Assembly (NCBI GenBank): GCA_963669175.1
Contig: OY769902.1
Location: forward strand, 1,824,001 to 1,888,000
Source: a bacterium
Lineage (GTDB): Bacteria > Electryoneota > Electryoneia > Electryoneales > Electryoneaceae
Reading direction: 5' to 3'
Length of the DNA: 64,000 bases
Shown: one piece after another, positions 58,944 through 64,000 of the stretch
How positions within the stretch are numbered: the first letter of the stretch is position 1
How the letters are laid out: each line of letters begins with the position of its first letter
The notes under the pieces: model-generated
Seen by the model: only the letters and a program-made list of their open reading frames with translations
What the model was told of the DNA's origin: nothing
Database searches by the model: none
Translations under genes and position numbers: made by a program

Positions 58944-60146
58944 ATGAGGGCATATAAGCAACACGGCAAGGAACTGATTTCCATAGAAGAGTTTATGGGA
59001 ATGTCTGCGGCGATCAATTACCAGTTGTCCGCGGAACAACCGGATATGAAAGCGATCCTCGCCAAGGTTTTCAGTGGACGTCCTATTATGTATATGGACC
59101 CGTTGCTGGAAGCTGTCAAGGTGCTGTTGACCGGGTATGAAGGGAAGAGCCGTGAACTGGGTACCTTTGCTGAAATTCACCCGTTGAGGACTACGGCATT
59201 ATTGTGCCGTTGCATGGAAGAGCCGAGTGTCCTGGATCTTCTTGGAGGCCTGCTTCATGATGTGGAAGAGGATCTGAGCCCGGAGAACATGGACCCGGAT
59301 CGGTGGAAACGGTTGCAGGATACCCTCCGGACAACACGTGAAACCATTGACATTCATCACCAGTGGTTCCTCGGTGAACGAATGGCCCTGTACCGTCGCG
59401 AACCATTCCAGCCTTATTCCGTCTACCTTGGCAACCTGCTCGATGCTGCCCCGGACAATAAACCCGACCTCCTGCATGTGAAACTGGCCGACCGTCTGGA
59501 CAACACGCTGGATACCCAGCTATATCTCCCCAATATCTCCAACTACAATTTCTATCGTTTTGTCTTTGACCTGTTGTTTGTGCCTGAGTTTCCCGGTGTG
59601 AAGATTGACGAATACCATTTCATCCCCGCAGCAAAACAAGGCGTAAAGCTTCTGTCGCAGCTTTTCAAGAACACCATTTTCCTGTCCCTGATCCGGCAGG
59701 ACAACCTTGAGCACCTGACCCCGATTACCCATCGTCTGTTTAACGGGTTGGCGGTAGCCAGCATTCGTGAAGCTCAGTGGATTGCCCTCGAATTGTTCTC
59801 TTCGGATATCATTGATATCAAGCGGCAACGTGAGCTGCTGCTGGCCACGATGGAGTACACCCATAGCGGTGGCGTGTCCGCAATCCGTCCATTCACAGAT
59901 GAGAACCTGCTTGACGGCACCTATATCGAGAATTTTGCCCTGGTCAGTTCCAGGGAACGAAAGGAAAAACTCGCGGAACTGTTCCTGGCAAAGGATCAGC
60001 TAACCGAGATCATCATTGCATTCATCGCAACCTTCTCCGCATTCCTGAACGATCCGGAATTCTATATCAAGGGTATCGGACGGAAGGGGATTCAGCCCAT
60101 CAATGAACCGAAGTCCAGCCTGGATATTCCAACGGAAGATGAATAA
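58944..60146 (+). CDS. HD-domain protein resembling the (p)ppGpp hydrolase domain, with long C-terminal extension
   Basis: G..R..G….HP, LLHDVEED, VKLADRLDN; start MRAYK after GAGG. Confidence 0.7.
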   Translation: MRAYKQHGKELISIEEFMGMSAAINYQLSAEQPDMKAILAKVFSGRPIMYMDPLLEAVKVLLTGYEGKSRELGTFAEIHPLRTTALLCRCMEEPSVLDLLGGLLHDVEEDLSPENMDPDRWKRLQDTLRTTRETIDIHHQWFLGERMALYRREPFQPYSVYLGNLLDAAPDNKPDLLHVKLADRLDNTLDTQLYLPNISNYNFYRFVFDLLFVPEFPGVKIDEYHFIPAAKQGVKLLSQLFKNTIFLSLIRQDNLEHLTPITHRLFNGLAVASIREAQWIALELFSSDIIDIKRQRELLLATMEYTHSGGVSAIRPFTDENLLDGTYIENFALVSSRERKEKLAELFLAKDQLTEIIIAFIATFSAFLNDPEFYIKGIGRKGIQPINEPKSSLDIPTEDE

Positions 60147-60162
60147 ATCAATTTGGTACGGT

Positions 60163-60400
60163 AAATCGGGACTGCTACACTTTTCTGCGGAAGAGTCCCT
60201 TGAAACAAAGTAATGCATGGTTTTACAGGTGAATACTTGTTTCCATATCGAGAAAATTGCAGAAAAGGTAGCTGTCCCTGGATTTTCTGGTTGATCCAGA
60301 ACAGTAGCAGGCGAAAAATCTGGTACAGTCACCTTTTCAGAAATCCTGATTTAACTTCAAGAATTTGCGAACATGAAAAGGTGACAGTCCCATTTTTCGC
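60163..60400. repeat. Double-hairpin palindromic element family C, copy 2
   Basis: Arm 1 identical to 56286-56311; interiors unrelated; between convergent genes. Confidence 0.85.
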
Positions 60401-60578
60401 CCAATATTAACCGCACATACTATCCCGGAATAGCTCTGACTAATCAACCAAACCAACCTGCATGTCATCTTGGAATAGCTTTGACTGTCCACCGAAACCA
60501 AGCAGCGTGTCATCCCGGAAATGCTGTCGTTTAGCGTGATCCGGTCCACTAGACAGTTCACCCTCACTTCATTGTTTG

Positions 60579-62348
60579 CTATTTTAAGAGAATTATTTTC
60601 CTTACTGCCTCAAATCTCTGGTTGGCTTTTCCCGCAGTATCAACCTGTTCCATCCGAATGAAATACGTCCCGCTGGCAAGGTTTGCCCCATCAAAACCGA
60701 TTGTATGCACTCCCGCCTCGAAGGTTCTATTCGCGAGTACGGCGACTTCACGTCCAAGGATATCGTAGAGAACCAGCTTTACGGCAGCGTTGTGTGGCAG
60801 CTCAAAGTTTATACGTGTCTGCGAGTTGAATGGGTTCGGATAGGGTTCGGACAACCGCCAGGTTGTCGGTTCGGCTTGATTTTCCTCCACATGCAGAAGC
60901 AGGTGTATAATTTCAATCGTGCTAATCACTTCAAGATGCGGGCCGAAGAAGACCATTTGGCTGTAATATTCATCATCTATATCCACTTCCCATCCACTGT
61001 CCATCAAATCGCCCCACATAGAGAAAGGCATATCCTCACCGGGAGATATGATCCCATGGGGCGGATTAACAGTGTACCACGTGTTGGTCTGTGGATAGCC
61101 CTTATATAAAGTCATACTTGGGGAATTATCTCGAGTCAGTGATACCAGGCGAACCTCGCAATCCGGATCTCGATCCCATGAATGATCCAATCCTCCAGCC
61201 GATCCAAGGTTTTCGGAGAATAACTGGAAGGATTGATCCCAATTCAGAGTTGAAAGACCCATTCGACGTACAATGGCTCCACCTTCCTCTGACAAGGGGA
61301 ACATGCAAAGAATATCCGTATCGTATGATGGAGGTAAATCAAATGTGCATGCCATCCCCGTCATACCCTCAAACATGGGCGAGTAGAACAGGACGGTATC
61401 GATACCGGTGGTGATATCAACTCTACCGAAGGTGGAATCACTGTCCGTGTAATACAGGGCGTCCGTTACCGGGTCGAAGGCGATACAATGAATCGGGCTG
61501 GCCACTTGGGCGACAAGCTCGATGCTCGTCAGATTTTCATTCATACGATAAATCTGTCCATCACAATTCCCGCCATACAGGAATCCCGCAGAGTCAGAAG
61601 CCAGATCAAGGAAGGCCTTTCCATCTGAACCGAGGATTGAATCCGGGTAAGTGAAGGCGCCCATCTGTGTGCCACTATGAGTAAAACTGAATAGCTGATT
61701 GGCGCCCAGACTGTCATCGAGGGCAACCGCACTTGCGAACGCACGCCGCCTTGTCAAGGCAACAGCACAAAAACCCTGGTTGTTTGTGTACTCCCCCAAA
61801 GACCACTGCTGATCAACGTCAAAGGCATGAAACAAATCATTGCCATCCCAATTCATATATCCATCGTAAAGCCATGTATAGAATTCGAGCTGACCGCTGC
61901 CGGTATTTGACAAATGCCAATTTATTTCGGCAAGCCAGGTATTCTCAACCGGATCATAGCCATACATGATTTCCAGCACGGAATTATGGGTGTCCAATTC
62001 TGGGTAGGTAAGTGCATGATCTTGTGTAAAATCAACTGCGAACGTATCATCTTCGACAATAGCAACCGAGTCTATCTTCTCCGGCCAATGAGTCGGGTGT
62101 GAGGCTGTGACGGTAACAGAACAGGCAGGAATTGCGGCGATCAGGTAGTTCCCTGCGGCATCTGTAGTATCGCTCCAGGCTATCCCTGTTGTGGACACAA
62201 TCGTGACAACAGCATTCTGCAATCGTTCCTGGTCGGTATTCTCAACAACGCCACGTATGACTGCGGCATAAATCTGACCTACGGATAAAAACAGCACCAC
62301 CATGAACAGGAGAAAGGTGTTCCTGAGCCTGTAAGCTGAGTTCGTCAT
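60579..62348 (-). CDS. Secreted protein with carboxypeptidase-regulatory-like domain, beta-propeller-like middle and C-terminal sorting domain
   Basis: Signal peptide from MTNS (62348); TDAAGNY; YPNPFNSQT.I.F.L, YDILGREV, LASGTYF…K tail. Confidence 0.8.
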   Translation of the reverse strand: MTNSAYRLRNTFLLFMVVLFLSVGQIYAAVIRGVVENTDQERLQNAVVTIVSTTGIAWSDTTDAAGNYLIAAIPACSVTVTASHPTHWPEKIDSVAIVEDDTFAVDFTQDHALTYPELDTHNSVLEIMYGYDPVENTWLAEINWHLSNTGSGQLEFYTWLYDGYMNWDGNDLFHAFDVDQQWSLGEYTNNQGFCAVALTRRRAFASAVALDDSLGANQLFSFTHSGTQMGAFTYPDSILGSDGKAFLDLASDSAGFLYGGNCDGQIYRMNENLTSIELVAQVASPIHCIAFDPVTDALYYTDSDSTFGRVDITTGIDTVLFYSPMFEGMTGMACTFDLPPSYDTDILCMFPLSEEGGAIVRRMGLSTLNWDQSFQLFSENLGSAGGLDHSWDRDPDCEVRLVSLTRDNSPSMTLYKGYPQTNTWYTVNPPHGIISPGEDMPFSMWGDLMDSGWEVDIDDEYYSQMVFFGPHLEVISTIEIIHLLLHVEENQAEPTTWRLSEPYPNPFNSQTRINFELPHNAAVKLVLYDILGREVAVLANRTFEAGVHTIGFDGANLASGTYFIRMEQVDTAGKANQRFEAVRKIILLK

Positions 62349-62557
62349 ACAATATCCCCCCGGAAAGCAATTCTGATCCAATAAACTATCAGCAGAATTC
62401 TGCTTTGTGCAACCCCAGCCCGGAGAAAGCGCCAAAAGTCACTCTGTTGAATTGGTGTGCGAAACTGCGTACGTTTCAGGCAGATAGAGCTTTTCAAGAA
62501 CAGGGCTGATCCACATCTTCCGGATTGGCCTTTTAACTGCGATAGAGTGAGTGCATC

Positions 62558-64000
62558 ATGGCGAATACATACAAGACCAACGCTGCCGGACGTGACGTTC
62601 CGGTGATTGTCAACGGCAAAGAGCAGACTCCTTACATGGGTGTCGGCAAGTTCAAACCATCCGGTTTCAAGGCCGCTCCGCCAATCCGTTCCTGTGCCGA
62701 GTTCCCGGCCGATGGCAATAAGGTCGTTGCCAGCATGCGTGATGACCTCGTGGTGGATACCGGACGGGTGAAGAAGGTGTCCAGCCGTGCCGAGGCGATG
62801 CGTGTGGCGCTGGAACATGTCGGTTTGAAGGACGGCATGACCATCTCCAACCATCACCATTTCCGTAATGGCGACCTGGTCATGGTTCCGACCTTTGACG
62901 CTGCCCATGAAATGGGTGTGAAGGACCTGCTCTGGCTGCCCTCGGCTTCGTTCCCCTGCCAGGCATCGTTGATTGATCGTCAGGAGGACGGTACCATTCA
63001 TCACATTGAAGGCTCGATGAACGGCCCCTTGGGCGCGTATTGCAGCGAAGGCAAGATGCGTGGTATGGGAGTATTGCGCAGCCATGGCGGACGTTGGCAG
63101 GCGATTCAGGACGGCGAGGTGCATGTCGATGTCGCAATCGTACCCGCGCCCACAGCGGACGCTCTTGGCAACAGTACCGGCGACCGTGGCCCCTCAGCTT
63201 GCGGCCTGCTCGGTTTCGGATTGGCCGACAGTATGTATGCCGACAAGGTGATCGTGGTGACCGACAACCTGGTGCCTTTCCCGTGTTATCCCTGGCAGAT
63301 CAACGGGCAGAATGTGGACGCTGTGGTGGTGCTGGACAAAATCGGCGAGCCGGAAAAGATCGTCAGTGGCACGACTGTCATCACCAAATCGCCTGACCGT
63401 CTCCTCATCGCCGAACTGACCGCGAAGTTTGTTGATGCGGCGGGAATTCTGCGTGACGGCTGGTCGTTCCAGGCGGGCGCTGGCGGCACGGCGCTGGCGT
63501 TTGCGATTTATGTGCGCGATATGATGCGCAAACGTGGGATCAAGGCCCGCTTCATTCGTGGCGGTTCGACCAAGTACCTGGTCGAGATGCTGGAAGAAGG
63601 ACTGACCGATTTCATCCTTGACGGCCAGACGTTTGACCTTGAGGGCGTGCGTTCCATGCGTGAAAATCCAGGCCACATCAACACCAGCCCGTTCACCAGC
63701 TATAACTACCACGGCAAGGGTAATTTTGCCAGCATGCTGGATGCGGTGGTGCTTGGCGCTACGGAAGTGGATCTTGATTTCAACGCGAACGTGGTTACGC
63801 ATTCGGACGGCCGCTTATTGCACGGTATCGGCGGCTGGCAGAACTGCCTGTTCAGCAAATGCACCATTCTTCCAATTCCCGCCGTGCGTGACCGCCTCCC
63901 GGTGATCGTGGACAAGGTAACAACACTGGTCGGACCCGGTGAACTGATCGATGTGATCGTGACCGAACGTGGTATCGCGATCAACCCGAAACGGCAGGAT
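62558..64000 (+). CDS. citF: Citrate lyase alpha chain / citrate CoA-transferase (3'-truncated by window; absent from ORF track)
   Basis: Hand translation MANTYKTNAAGR…GLKDGMTISNHHHFRNGD…LRSHGGR…SFQAGAGG…GATEVDLDFNANVVTHSDG…GIGG…DVIVTERGIAINP. Confidence 0.92.
   Translation, partial: MANTYKTNAAGRDVPVIVNGKEQTPYMGVGKFKPSGFKAAPPIRSCAEFPADGNKVVASMRDDLVVDTGRVKKVSSRAEAMRVALEHVGLKDGMTISNHHHFRNGDLVMVPTFDAAHEMGVKDLLWLPSASFPCQASLIDRQEDGTIHHIEGSMNGPLGAYCSEGKMRGMGVLRSHGGRWQAIQDGEVHVDVAIVPAPTADALGNSTGDRGPSACGLLGFGLADSMYADKVIVVTDNLVPFPCYPWQINGQNVDAVVVLDKIGEPEKIVSGTTVITKSPDRLLIAELTAKFVDAAGILRDGWSFQAGAGGTALAFAIYVRDMMRKRGIKARFIRGGSTKYLVEMLEEGLTDFILDGQTFDLEGVRSMRENPGHINTSPFTSYNYHGKGNFASMLDAVVLGATEVDLDFNANVVTHSDGRLLHGIGGWQNCLFSKCTILPIPAVRDRLPVIVDKVTTLVGPGELIDVIVTERGIAINPKRQD

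Noticed and set aside
62345-63984. Minus-strand and short ORFs at the window end
   Set aside because: Shadows of citF, which the ORF track missed because its stop lies beyond the window
1-64000. tRNA or rRNA genes, recoded stops, prophage
   Set aside because: No cloverleaf or rRNA signatures seen in intergenic regions; conserved genes end at expected positions under code 11; no phage structural or integrase genes

Overview
Bacterial chromosomal window. The two secreted proteins ending in YPNPFN-type sorting domains and the TonB-dependent receptor suggest an FCB-group/Calditrichota-like organism; this is inference only. Bases 1-24.0 kb are the conserved rpoC(3' part)-str-S10-spc-alpha ribosomal superoperon, complete through rplQ. 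It includes rpmJ (missing from the ORF track) and an unexpected SGNH hydrolase between secY and adk. Bases 24-64 kb are accessory and metabolic genes: an AT-rich FRG-domain islet, a TBDR plus lipoprotein, an orphan pstS plus hybrid kinase, an MBL hydrolase, a GH31, patatin, a CAT-like protein, a C1 peptidase, an ABC permease, a PerR/Fur gene with three ferritin-fold genes, more kinases, TerB, an HD/alarmone-hydrolase-like protein and a 3'-truncated citF (also missing from the ORF track). The most striking locus is 38.47-40.66 kb. (i) An IS110/IS1111-type element whose ends, CT core, circle-junction promoter (TTGACT-N17-TATGTT) and downstream bridge/seekRNA can be read directly, with guide segments matching its current insertion site, plus an extra inverted copy of its donor site in the transposase leader. 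(ii) Next to it, a three-level nest: a palindromic REPIN-like element interrupted by a MITE with Tn5/IS50-like 19-bp ends and a 10-bp target duplication, which itself carries another palindromic element. At least five palindromic repeat families, two candidate structured RNAs and several tandem repeats occur elsewhere. No rRNA, tRNA or CRISPR-Cas was found. All protein calls come from motif recognition by eye; no searches were run.
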